Source: Lama guanicoe (lineage: Eukaryota). Taken from it: a stretch of DNA of 64,000 bases. Position 1 is the first letter of the stretch; each line of letters starts with the position of its first letter. The notes under the pieces were generated by a model. It worked only from the letters and a program-made list of their open reading frames with translations, did no database searches and was not told the DNA's origin. Of the stretch, positions 1 through 12,500 are shown piece after piece. Location: positions 7,598,358-7,662,357 of the forward strand of contig MU054187.1 of NCBI GenBank assembly GCA_013239625.1, in the 5' to 3' direction. A program made the translations under genes and the position numbers.

Positions 1-646
1 GTTGTGAATAATTCTTGGCAGCTAGGAAAAGGACATCGAACAAAAATAAAATGAAGACAGAGAGACCTTGAGAAAAACCACATTTGGCCTAATAAAACAT
101 GAAATATTGGAAACAGGGGGAGATACACATGCATAAAGCTGGGAAATTGGAGCCATTTATTTTGTGCATTATTTGGAAAGGAAGTATGAATTGAGCACTG
201 TCCTAACCATCTCAGCTTTCCTCCGTGGGAGCAGGCAGGAGGAATATATTTACACCGAGTTCTTTACAGATATTACATATATTTTACATACAGCCTCTGA
301 CAGACTCAATGTGGAGTGAGAGTAATCGTTTAGATACTTTTCCTTGCATTTATATTATAAACTCCATTTGGTGGGTGAATATGACTGTAAGCCTCAGCAT
401 TCATATGCTAATGTTGTAAGTTGGAGTTGTCAAGAGAATTATGCACAGGCTTGAGTACATGTGTGTGTGAGTGAGTGACATCCGTGTTTGCCAAAGCAGC
501 ATGTGCTCCTGAAGGGAGTGTGTCTGATCTTACTAGCTGTCTGGTCTCAGTTTCTCTCTCTAACGTGCCAGGAAGAAAATGTCTTTATCACTGAATATTT
601 TGGTGATGCATGGATTCCAGGATGCCCTCCAGTGGTATGAGACATC

Positions 647-680
<34 letters not shown>
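647..680. repeat. (TG)13(CG)4 microsatellite
   Basis: Read directly; alternating purine-pyrimidine tract. Confidence 0.95.
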
Positions 681-682
<2 letters not shown>

Positions 683-909
683 GGGGACATGGATGGGCAT
701 CTCTGTACATAGATTTATTAGGAAAAGGAGATTAGGGTGCTTTTTTGCTTCTGGGCTCATCAACATTATTTCATTTCATGGAATGTCTCATCATTCCATG
801 GGCTATTTCCTAACATTCTTTCGGAATTTTGAACTCTTTTGGTTTCACTATATTTATGAGACCATTTAACATTCAACAGACAGAAGGGATGTGCTCTGAT
901 ACACCACTC

Positions 910-1211
910 TTTTTTTTTAAATTGAAATAAAGTCAGTTTACAATGTTGTGTCAATTTCTGGTGTGCAGCATAGTGTTTCAATCATACATATACACACATA
1001 TATTCTTTTTCATGTTCATTTTCATTATAGTTTACTACAAGATATTGAATAGAGTCCCCTGTGCCATATAGAAGAAACTTGTGGCTTATCTATTTTATAT
1101 ATAGTAGTTAGCATCTGCAAATCTTGAACTCCCAATTTATCCCTCCCCTCCCCTTTGCCCCTGGTAACCCTAAGTTTGTTTTTTGCGTCTATGAGTCTGT
1201 TTCTGTTTTGT
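910..1211 (-). mobile_element. 5'-truncated L1 3' UTR fragment
   Basis: Poly-T then ttgaaataaagtcagtttacaatgttgtg...ctcccaatttatccctccc...gagtctgtttctgttttgt; homologous to the L1 ends at 17.7, 23.1 and 33.3 kb; degenerate TSD (acaccactctt / acttcactctt). Confidence 0.9.
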
Positions 1212-1479
1212 GGTACTTCACTCTTAACACTTAAATGGATCTTGTGTTTCTGTAAGCACAATAACCTTATTTAATTGAGTATTTTCAGTAGAAAAACCTT
1301 TTCTATATGACTTAAGCTTTAGTAATTTTGTGACAATTATAAGAAGCAGCAGAAGGTGTGGAGTTTAATATAGTTGAAAGGTACAGTTTGAGCAATGAAG
1401 CCAGAGGCAAAGCCCGGGAGGGTGGTCAATTCAAGTGAAGCCAGGGATGTCCCACTAGAGCCGTGGGTGTCCCTCTCTG

Positions 1480-1590
1480 GCCAGTGGGATGTCACTGAAG
1501 GATTATAAACTGAGAGAGGACACAATCAGATTCATTTTTGGGACAGATCACTTGGGTAAGGGTGTGAAGGAAAGACCTGTGCACGCAAGA
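1480..1590 (-). mobile_element. L2 fragment
   Basis: cactgaaggattataaactgagagaggacacaatcagattcatttttgggacagatcact resembles antisense L2. Confidence 0.5.
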
Positions 1591-1684
1591 GTGGATCTCC
1601 TCTGTCACCAAATAAGGCATTTTACCCACTACCAACTATTTCTAAGCAAGTTTTTCAAGAACTAGAATGTGGAATGATGCTTCG

Positions 1685-1790
1685 CAGTGTCTGGTTCTGC
1701 GTCCACCTGCATCAGAATTACTCAGGGGATGCTTGTTAAGCATGCTCATTCCCAGGACTCTCTCATACTTACTGAACTCGTATTTTTGCA
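1685..1790. mobile_element. MER5-like hAT DNA transposon remnant
   Basis: tgcatcagaattactcaggggatgcttgttaagcatgctcattcccagg resembles the MER5A core. Confidence 0.55.
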
Positions 1791-2148
1791 GATTGTTAAC
1801 GTTTCACCCCAACTTTGTTCAAGCTGCTCCCTTTGTCCAGAAAATTCTCCCTTTCTCTTTCCCCATCTTACTCATTTTTGGGGGTAATAAGCGAATGAGG
1901 CCCCTGGACTTATTTTAGCTTTCCCCACAGTGACTTAGAATTGGGTCGGGGACCCGCATCCCTGTGCCACTTTGAACACGTGGGGCCTGTCCATCGGGCT
2001 GTACCAGACCCTCCAATCTCCAGGGTTTCTCCAGCAGAACAACTCTGGAGGGAGGCGTGCATTAGTGATGGGGAGCTGATGGAGTCTATCTTGCCATGTG
2101 AAGGGGCTCATGGCAGTATCGGGAGTTTATTAAAAAGGTAGAGAATTT

Positions 2149-2308
2149 GGGGGGAGGATATAGCTGAGTGGTAGAATACGTGCTTAGCATGCACGTGGTC
2201 CTGGGTTCAATCCCTGGTACCTCCATTAATAAGTATATAAGTAAATAAGTAAGTAAGTAAGTAAATAAATAAATTTTATTACCCCTCCTCCCAAGAAAGA
2301 ATTAAAAA
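2149..2308 (+). mobile_element. tRNA-Ala(AGC)-derived SINE (Vic-1-like)
   Basis: Head ggatatagctgagtggtaga...cttagcatgcacg...gggttcaatccctggtacctcca with Pol III A/B boxes; (TAAG/TAAA)n and A-rich tail; 14-bp TSD aaaaaggtagagaa at 2132-2145 and 2309-2322. Confidence 0.9.
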
Positions 2309-3331
2309 AAAAAGGTAGAGAAAGGGGCCTCACTTGGGTCTCACTCCCAGATCATCAGGCATGGCAGAACTCCTATTATGCTTATGAGATTCCTGACAAA
2401 TATGCTACGTTTATTATTTGTCTATAAGTTTCTGTTACCTGTAAGCAGCATTTGGTGATCGCCCTCTGTTTGGCCTTTGTCAAGTGAGAACTTTGACTCC
2501 AAGAATGAGGTATATTATTTCTCCCTTATCTGTAGCTTTGGTCCCTCCATGCTCTGTGGTAATATAGCCATCCTCTGGGTGAAGTCATCAGGGAATTTCT
2601 GCTTAAGTTCTTCCAAAGAGATGACCTGAAGTTAATAGATCCCAGAGGGGCCGGAGGGATTGTGTGAGAAAGGAAACACTGATGCAGGTGTGCTTGGCTA
2701 GTCAAAGGCCTAAAATTCAAAGAAAGTTGAAGTGTGTGTGACTAAGATATCACAGCAAAAATGACGTGTATAAACTTGGAGAAAGAAACATTGAACAAAC
2801 AGGATTTATGGTTTGTGAATTATGGGACCAGATAAATGAGAACTAAATCGTCAGGACAACTTGGGAGATTTCTGCCTCGTGAAAGTTCCCACCGATTCAT
2901 TTATATTTCATTTCTCGGCTATGTGTGGCTCCATAAATTTTGGGTAAAGGCAGGAGGAGAAAGACCCACCTCGACAGCCCGGGAGTTCCTGCCCACCTTA
3001 AAGGGCACTGATTTTGCCAGTTATAACTGGGAAGCTGTCATGTTTCTGGATTAGGATGGTGAGTCTTGCAAAGTGGCCACGTACAGATTCGGGAGGGTGG
3101 GGGGGTTCACTCTGACGTGACACCATGTGCAGTGGGGGCTCCCTCAGACGACCTTCATTAATATTCGGCCTTCTCTAGAGCTGGGATTTGTCTGACAAAC
3201 TACTTGAGTTATTGCATCTTTTTATCCGTGTGAAGCAGAGACTGGGAATTTATGGACTAGGAAGTGATAAATCAAAGAGATGGGAATGAAGAAGAGATGG
3301 CTCTCTTAAACTTCTCTATTTGTTTCTTCAC

Positions 3332-3335
<4 letters not shown>

Positions 3336-3370
<35 letters not shown>
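3336..3370. repeat. poly(A)35
   Basis: Read directly. Confidence 0.9.
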
Positions 3371-3371
<1 letters not shown>

Positions 3372-4124
3372 CCGGGAAAAAAAGGAAATGAAGACAGTAA
3401 AATCCTTCTGAGTTCCTCCTCGAACGCACAATATAAGTGTGGTGTGTTATATTCATTTATGCTCCTAGAAGGCACAATTCTTTTTTGAGTGCTCAAAAGA
3501 AAGGATGATTTGATACATGGCAAAAAAAAAGTGCAAAAAGGAACTTTTAAAACATTTGCCACTGGAACATCGTTTCCAACCTGTCAGAAATGTGGGCAGG
3601 AAATGGAGAGACTTCTGCCTTGACAATGTTTTGGGGAAAATGGGCCAACTAAACAAATCTCACTGGAAGGCAGTAAGGAGTAAAATGCTCAGAAACACAA
3701 TTTTATTTCCTTTTACAAATTCCTCCTCCAGAGTTTTTAGTCACTCACAAAACAGCTGTCATTTTTGAAAATGCAGAATTGCAAAACACACGAAAATCAG
3801 CATCCTTCGAGAACACTGTGGTTGCTGTCTCCTTATTTGCTGGTAGAAAACATGTGTGTCTTGAATACCAATTATCCGCTCAGTTCAGTATTTTCTTCAG
3901 AGAACAAAAACTTCCTGGTACAGCTGCAGAGGACAAAGGAAATGGTCTCACAGAAGAGCAGCTAGCACCTTGGAACCAGCTGTTTATGCTATTTTGTCAT
4001 CTTCTCTTTAACCCTGTGAGTCCTGAACGAGAAAGGGGAACATGCTGGAGTATGATCAGTTGTCTCCGTGCGTGTGCATGTGCTTCAGGCTTTGGCAGTC
4101 TGCACGCGAGAGCAGCATGAGGAC

Positions 4125-4342
4125 AGACAGACTTGTATTCTAGGGTTAGCACTGCCACGTAGAAGTTCTGTGACTTTGGGAAATCCGTGTAACTTTTCTA
4201 AGCTCTATTTTCCTCATCTGCAAAATGGATCTAATAATATTTGCCTCATAGAATTGTGATGAGAGTTAAATACAACAATGTGTGTTCAAATATTCAGCGT
4301 AGCATGTGTGCCTAATAGGTACTCAGTAGATGGTAGCTGTTA
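4125..4342 (+). mobile_element. MIR SINE
   Basis: MIR core ctgtgactttgggaaa...ttttcctcatctgcaaaatgga...cctcatagaattgtgatgagagttaaat. Confidence 0.8.
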
Positions 4343-4459
4343 GGAGATTGTAGTTGCTTTGAGGTCAAAGGCTTATTTCTGAGCCCTGCTCTACTGCCTT
4401 ATCTTGGTGACAGGCACAGAAACATCTGACATGCAGGTGATCGTTCCTCTGCAGAATCA

Positions 4460-4670
4460 CATAAATATCTAAGCACCTACTGAGTGCCAGCGCTTTTACC
4501 TGTGCTGTGCTGACTCCCCCGTAAACCTGTAGAATTGGGTCATTATCACCATCTTCCAGACAGGAAACCGACAAGCAGATAGGCTCAGGAAATCGCTCAA
4601 GTTCAAGGCAATTAGTGGTGGGACCAGGGTTCCAGCACAAGTTTCACGTTTTAAGCCCAATACTCTTTCC
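4460..4670 (-). mobile_element. MIR SINE
   Basis: agcacctactgagtgccag...attatcaccatcttccagacaggaaaccga..., antisense MIR. Confidence 0.65.
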
Positions 4671-6324
4671 AGACAGATTTCCTAAAATAAGACAAAACAA
4701 AACAAAAAACCCAGCAATAGCAACAACACAAAACCAAACCATTGAGGGTGAGAATACACTGATGGATCACATTAGATGCTCAGGGCAAAAGTTAGTTTGC
4801 AAATGTCGGGGGAAGTCAGGCAGCCTTTGTGGGTCGAGTCCACCAAGAAGTCTCCGAGACGGGGATGGAGTGTTCTGATGGGAGGCTGACAGTGGTCCGG
4901 GGGGGAGTGGGGCCAGAGGCTTCCAACTGAAATGACAGTATTTTTCCAGTTCACAGAAAGTGCATGAACTGCAGCTCTGGTTTCCAGCCAGGCTCCTCCA
5001 CACCTTTGGTGTCTTGCAGGCTCCCACCGACTTTCGGAAAAGGAAATTCAAAGGAAGCCACACAACACGTGCTGCACCTTCACTGAGTCACGGCCAGGAG
5101 GTGCAAACTTTTCTATGAAAAGCAACCTTTCTATAGAAGGCTGGGTTCCATACCCTTTAGCTTCATGTAGACTAAGTAAAAGAGGCATTTTTTTTAAAGT
5201 AAAAAAATAAAAAGTAAGATATTATGGTTTCTTTAAGGTGAATGGAATTGATTCGAAAAAATATTCTTTTTTTCACAAGCTCCTTGAAAACAAAATCAAA
5301 GGAGAAGAAAGAGCAGAGAAGAAACAGCTTATCCACTTCCCCAAAGGAGCGTGTTAGATGGAGGGGGTCCAGGGACAAGCGCATCACTCTGTGCCCCTCC
5401 CTGCCTGTCTTCTCAGTAGGCCTTTCTTTTCTTTCTTTCCTTTTCTTTTTTTTTTTTTTTTTACAGACTCAGGGCAGCTTAATCTGAAATGAAAATCCCT
5501 GAAACTCTCTGCCCAAAGGTTGGAAGTGGATGCTCAGATCCTCGGACTTGCCTGGGATGTGACTGTCGGGGCTGCATCCCTGATGGATGCCGTGACTTTG
5601 AGGGAGAGGAGGCTGGGCGGCGGGGGGCCGTGACTGCCAGCAGGACTCGCCAGCAGGGGCGGGGCCAGGGCAGCTCTGAGCGACCCTGAAAGACCTTCGG
5701 GGTGGAAATCACAGCCGTCAGCTTGAGTCTTTTGCTGCTGGGCGATCAGGGGCCCTCCGCCCTGTGTCCTCTGTGCCTTTCTCCCAGGAAAGCCAATAGC
5801 TTTGCAGTTCGCTTTCCAAAGGGCTCCAGCTGGAACGTTCAAGAGGGCTTACTTTTTGCTCTGGGGAATTTTGGGAGGAAGCAGAGAGTTCAACATCCCT
5901 GAAGTCTCTTTATCTGTTTGTCTCATTCTCCGTCCACGCTCTTGCAGAGTAACGTGGGAAAGCAAAACTGGCTGGGATCAAACCTCACTCCGTCTTCACC
6001 TTTTGAAATATTTTTCTAGATATCGCTGGTGTTGAGAAAAGTGGACCCTCTGCAAATGTAACCAGTGATCTGACGGCCGCAGTGTGATAGGGGCTGGGGG
6101 TGTTGATAGCATAACCTGGGGCGAACAGTGGGTGTTCCTGTCACAGATGTGGCGGGAAAACCAGAGGCTCTCACTCTGTTCTGCTCTAATAGCGTAAAGA
6201 CACCATTCTTTATTCCGGATTTGTTTTGGACAAGCTACCTGTATGAAGAAGTTTTGCTACGATGAGTGATGAAAACTACTCTTTTGAAGATTATAAGAAT
6301 ATGAATAATAATTCATGTCTCCCT

Positions 6325-6435
6325 TAAGGTGACCGTCCATCCTAATTTCCTGGGACTAATGGGTTTCCTGGGACATGAGATTTTCAATTCAAAACCAGGA
6401 TAGTCCCCAGCAAATAGGGACATTTGGCGGTCCTA
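6325..6435. mobile_element. MER94-like hAT (Blackjack) MITE
   Basis: aaggtgacc...tttcctgggac...aaaaccaggatagtccc...gggaca..tggcggtccta pattern typical of MER94. Confidence 0.65.
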
Positions 6436-6459
6436 TCCTAGGAGGACAGTAGGGCGGAG

Positions 6460-6572
6460 AGCACTGAAGTGAGAATCAGAAACCCTGATATTAAGTACTG
6501 GTTGTTGAACTGATCAGCTGGGTGGCCTTGGGTAACCTTTCTGAACTGCACTTTCCTCAGCTGCGAAATGAA
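6460..6572 (+). mobile_element. MIR fragment
   Basis: cagctgggtggccttgggtaacctttctgaactgcactttcctcagctgcgaaatg. Confidence 0.6.
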
Positions 6573-8532
6573 AGTTCTGGCTGTAGGATCCATGCTTCAA
6601 TGGCCCGTGATTTCAGGACTATTTACAGTGACTGAGATGGGAGTAAATTATAAAGATTTATACAATGTCTTAAAGAGGTTGCATTCCCAGCTTGGGTACA
6701 GACTCTGCTCACCCTGGAAACCTGGGAATGTCTCCGTCTCTGTTCCAACCAGCCTCCTGCCGTCACCTCCTGGAGTTCGGAGCCAGGATGCTCAGCCTCC
6801 TGCACCCTGGGTACCCTGCTCTGTGTATCAAAGTTCTCCTCTGCGCTCAGCCCTCTTTCCCACTGCCGCAGCCCTCATCAGCCCATTAGCATCTCCCACT
6901 TGGACCCACATGACTTCTGCTTTCACGATTTTTAAAATAACATGACTACATTGTTTATATATTCTATAGTTTAAACTTTCCATTCATAACATTAGCTTTT
7001 CTCCACACCTCCCAATTCACCTGACCTACTAAGAATTTCCTATGCCTAACCGTAAGTCAGAAATCATAGTTACACACTGAATTTGGGCCAATATTCTCAT
7101 TGTGGTAGAAAGATTAACATACTTCTTAATCTCAGTCTTTCTTATATTTCCATCACCAGCACTAATCTGTAAGTTTAAAATACATTATTGGGATCACAAA
7201 TACGGTCTGGAATCCCATGTTTTAAAATTTTTGATTCGAACTTATACTTTGCCTCTTTTGAGCTGGCTGATACAATTAAATAATACAAAATAGGATAATG
7301 AAGTGTAGGATTAGAACAGAGACCATCTATAGCAGTGGATGGAGGAAATGTCACCTGGCACTTAACATAATATTATTATTTTTAACAATAGCTACTGCTA
7401 GGCGGTAACTGTAGTGGAGTGCTTGCCAGGCCCAGCACCGGTCATTTTCATGAATGATGTCACTGTTTCCCAATGGTCAAGGCACACAGGGAAACACATG
7501 AGGGACACAGCTCTTGTCATACGATCAAAGAAAATATACACATTGATTTGTGGAGAGCAACTTTTTCCTGAACTAAATGCAAGGGGCAGTCCTATTTCAC
7601 GTGTACTTTTCTGAAGCGCTCTCGATAATGTGCAGAAGACTTTTTTCAATGATCGTTTTGGCAAAGCCAGAGACACTTTTCAAAAGAATGCTTCTTGGTT
7701 TGACCTACAGAAGCTTAGGTGGCAACATAAAGTGGTAACTTAGCAGAATTTTTGAATTCATCATCAAGAGCTGAGTGATTTCCCCTTATGATCATGTACG
7801 TTAATTACAGGGATAAAATTGGGGAATGTTGAGTTGGGAACTGGATGCCCATTCGAACATTCTCTTTACTTACTACCAGACGACTTGCGTGAGCCGTTAG
7901 GAGGGTCTAGCTTACAGTTAGGTTATTTTTTAAGATGTAGAGCAGATGATCTGTGCTTCTATGTTTAACTGAGGACTGTGTATTTTCTGTACTAAATGTT
8001 TAGGCAGCAAAGTGGATATTCTCATTCAGTTGCTTAAGAACCCTGTTTCTTATTTTCCCCTAAGCAGAAGGCCTACCCCTTGGACTCACTGCAGAGACAC
8101 CCGCAGTAAAGACACCCGAAGAGGAGCTTTAAATCCTCTCCAGCATCCACACAGCCACTGGGCTGGGTTCCTGGGTCCTGCAGCACGTAGCCTGTAGGAG
8201 CTCATTTTCACATGAAACTGTATTAAAGACATTTGTTACCAATAGACCATCTCGTCTGAGAAGGGACTACATCCTGATAAGACAGACAGAATAAAATTAA
8301 CTGTCAAAGGCACTTTCTTATAGTTGAAAGAATTAACGCGTTGGGTGGAGTCACTTAAAATTGATGGAGTTAATTGAAACGTAATTAATGTTAGGAAATG
8401 CCTTGTCAGCTCAATGAGTTTGCTTTTATGTTTGATGTTTGATACTGATTTGCATTTCTGGAAAGTAACTAGGAAGTGAATTGATTTTATACAGTAATTA
8501 AAACATATCACCAGAAGTTTTTAGAAAGAAGC

Positions 8533-9064
8533 TGTAGAGGAGGGAAATTTTCTCTTCTTCCCTTCTAGATTCTTTGGCTGGTCTAATAATCTGATTATCA
8601 TAAGACAGAGACTAGCAGGAGAAAAACAAATTTAATTATGCACGTACAGGGCCCCATAAGATATGAGACCCAAAAGCAGTTGGGAAATTGAGGCTTATAT
8701 GCCACCCTGAGCTAAGGAGGAGGGGGCAGAGGTCTGGGACTGCAAACGGGAAGAGGACAATTTACAGGAAGATGGGAAGAACAAATGCTTTGTGAACAAA
8801 TGTTTGTTGTGCTGTCCAGAGACAAAGGGACACAGAGAGGACTTTGAGCTTTCCCCCAGCTCACCACATCCAGCCCATGTGCTCTGTAGTTACCTCTGCG
8901 CACAGTTCTCTTCCTGGACTGGCTTCCTATCTAAATTCTTTTAGGCAGTTATATGGGAGGTAAAAGCTCTTTGTGAGTTTTTCTGAGCTTTGATCATGTT
9001 CAGCTCAAAATAATCCACATGTCAAAGTGGCAGATTCTGGGGTGGCCTGCCCTGAACCCCGTCA
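8533..9064 (-). mobile_element. ERV1 solo LTR (MER34-like)
   Basis: TG...CA termini; right end cagctcaaaataatccacatgtcaaagtggcagattctggggtggc...cccgtca is the reverse complement of a MER34-type LTR start; near 4-bp TSD aagc/aaga. Confidence 0.75.
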
Positions 9065-9339
9065 AAGAGTACTGTCCTGTAGTGTGTGTGTGTGTGTGTG
9101 GGGTAAGTCATGTATTGAGTGTATCTGTTAGCCGTACCAAGTTGTCTGATGTAAATGAATAAGGGGGCAAGGAGGAAATGAGGACATAACCATGATTAAC
9201 ATCATTTACATTAACTTTTATATGTATTATGAAAATATTCTTGCTGATTCTGATTTTAGCTCTAACAACAAGATACGGTAGCCTCTAAAATCACGACTGT
9301 TCCAGATTGTATATCCATTAGCTTTATTGTTCACAGTAA

Positions 9340-9580
9340 TAATAAGGATTAACTCTGAATAGTACCTGTAATTTCGTAGGCACTGTGTTAAGGGCTTTAT
9401 ATATATAAACTCATTTGATCTTGTGTACCCGAAATCTAGAAGATACTTTTAAAAATTATGATTCTTATTTTAAAGATGGGAAACTGAAGGATGGTGATAT
9501 TAACACAGCTAGTAACTAGAGAATCCTGGATTCAAGCCAGGGCAATCAGAGTCCCGAGTCTCTGCCCATAACCACTAGGT
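9340..9580 (-). mobile_element. MIR SINE
   Basis: taggcactgtgttaagggcttta...ttttaaagatgggaaactgaag...ctggattcaagccagggcaatc. Confidence 0.75.
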
Positions 9581-12500
9581 AACATTGCTGCTGTCATAGA
9601 TTGCTGAAATTCATAAAGTGTCTTAAATTGCTTTGATCTGATCTTTCATGGAGATAAAATACTCTATAAAACTAACCTTTCTCACTAACAGTGAGAAAGA
9701 TGTGTCTAAAATCATCTCACTCCTTATAAAGTTATTCATTTTGGGAAAAAATTGTGATCCTAACATTTGTTTAGAATTAATTTGCTGTTTTATTTGAAAA
9801 GAATGTCTAGGAGTCTAATAAGCCAATTGTTTTGAACAGATAAAGCACCTTTCTTTTTGAAGGCAAGGCGAACTCTACTCCATACTCTTCCTAAGGGGAT
9901 AATGCTTCTGAAGCTAATTACAATACTTAGTTTTTTAAAATTGGGCTTGCTTAATATAAATGCTTAAGCGATTCCTTGATAAGAGACCCTCTCCTGGGGT
10001 CATCTTTTCTAATAGTTAATGATTGATCAGATATTTTAGAGTGGAGGGAATTCCAGGCTCCCAGCTGGACCAGTTCCTGGAACCTCCCAAATGCAGGGAC
10101 CATGACGGCTGAATGGAGTGACTTGTCCAGTCATCTATAGAGACAAGTGCTTCCACATTCCTTACACAAAAGTCACGCAATGTCTCAGAACCTGCACTTA
10201 ATTGCTCCTTACAGCTGAGCCCAAAACCTCCCACTGGGGGTCTGTTGTAATTATTGCACTCTAGACTTTTTTTAACTGAAAGAAATTGTTTCTTAAAGGA
10301 CCTTTAGGTGATGACAACTAAAATGTACATTTGCTAGGTTTCAAACAATCATATTTATTAAACCAGGATATACATTGGCAAATTCTCTTTTCCCCTCTTC
10401 CAAATAATGATCTAATAAAGCTGATATAAACCTGTCTATGATCAAGATTATATACAAAGAAGCTTCTCTCAAAAGACAGGATGAGTTAAGTACTATCAAA
10501 TCTAGCAGATTAATTAAAAAGTAGGAAAATTCTCACTTGACTTAACCTTCATATTTTTGTAATAAATAATAAGATAATTTAAAATGAAAATTATTAGAAA
10601 TGTTTTATACCATCAATAATTTCATTACCGAAAGCACGTTCTCTCCTGTCCGTCCTCAATTCTCAGATGGTCAAACATGTTTGCAAGTTATTGGAGGCAA
10701 GTAAAGCCATCTGAGTTGGTCACAGTGATATTTTTCAAACAGAGAAAGGTTGTCTTAAGTGTTGGGAGCCAGAGTATTCATGGTGTGGGACCATAAGAAA
10801 GCTGCATGCTTCCTTCCATTATTTTCTTGGAACAAGATTTCCTTATGTATTATTTCAACGATGTATCTCGAATCCTTACTGTGTGTGGTGGGCACTTCGT
10901 GTTGTCTGTCTGTTTTGAAAGTGCCATGGGTAGAAGCAATTAATAGATAATAATAAGATAATTAAAAATGAAAGTTACTAGACAGTCCTTCTGTCATCAA
11001 TAATTCATTTACATAAATGTACTTTCTTTTCTGTCTAGGTTCAGTTGCAAAGAGAATAAAACATATTTGGCCACTTAGGTTTATTTATTTTTTTTCTATC
11101 ATTCTCAGCATATTTACTGATTAGAAAAATCCAAGACATTAAAACTTTGTGACTCAGTTTTTTAATTTCATAATTGAAGACAAAGAAGTAGCATACTTGA
11201 AACATTCATTGATGTCATAATATGCTCTTCTCTATTGTGGAAGTCCCCAGGTAAATACACAAATCTGGCTTTTTTCCCCCTCACTTTAGTTTTTCGTGTC
11301 AAGGGGATCTTTTGACATGCCTCTAGAGGTCTCTCAGACCTTTAAAAAAATAAATAGTATTTTCTAAATGCTTCCCTGAAAGATTATGGTATATAAAGTG
11401 ACTTACTGTTTTCACGTTTATTCTATCAATGTATTGTGTACTCATTTCACAGCAGTATTGTCTTAGGCACAGAGCATAAACTGATGAAAAGGTCCATTTT
11501 GGCTTTCAAGGGATTCACAATTCATCTCACAACAATTAAGGTGAGAGTCAGACACGAGAATGAACACCCAGGATCTGCAGTGGTGCAGTTCTGTGGTAAC
11601 AGAAGCTGTAGTGACCTGCTCCAGAATCTCAGCAGGAGACAGCACCTGCATTTGAAATTATTGATGTGATACAGAAAAAAAAAAAACAACTTCAAATTTC
11701 CAATTCAGTAGCCCAAACTGTTGGGATAAATGACTTGTGCCGTAGCACAAGACAGTTTCGTTTTTTTAATTCATTCTGGACTTTGAAATTTATAATCCTA
11801 AAGCTTTGCTTAGAGAAAGAAAAAAAGCAATGAAACAATCTGCTATTGGCTTCTCTATTTTGGTCTGTGACTTCAAGGACTTTGCAGGGAGAATGTGGGA
11901 ATGTGTAACACCATGTCCATGTATTATGTTTTTCAATTTTTGAAATCAAAGTACTCAATCAGCATTAATTAGGAGATATTGTGCTGTAATTTCCAAGTGC
12001 ATGTACAATGGGTAGTCTTCTCAATTGTGTGCAATTTTCCTTTTCTTTCAAATTTCCGCATGAAGCTCTCCCTGTTATATTTTAAATTGAGAGGCAGTTA
12101 GCTTCACATTCTGGGTATCCAAACATTAGTTTTTTTTTTTCTTTTTTAATTTCCATGTGTCACGTGAAAAACTTCTGGAAAACTTGATCCTTGTCCTTCT
12201 CGTCACAGCACACCCTTTATGGGCCTCTGGTAACAAACTTGGAACGGTTCCTTTTGATTTTATAAATCACGTCTAAAGGATTCTAAACCACATTTAATTA
12301 CACATGACAGAAAAGCTTCATGTGCTAATGTTCTTCTGGTTGACCTACCATGAATTCCTGCTAAAATTTTCATAAGCCTTGGAGACAATTCTCCAGAGTA
12401 TCCCCCAGAGCATTTCCTGGACACCGATGATGCAAGAGTTTCCCATCCCATTGATGGTTGTCCCAGAGCACCCGGAATGAGTACCCCCATTCCCTGAAAG

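Noticed and set aside
2149..2226. tRNA-Ala(AGC) gene
   Set aside because: It has mismatches in the D-arm, an extended G-rich 5' end, a simple-repeat/A tail and a 14-bp TSD, so it is a SINE rather than a functional tRNA.
3336..3370. Poly-A as the tail of a processed pseudogene
   Set aside because: No upstream polyadenylation signal, recognisable mRNA body or clear TSD.
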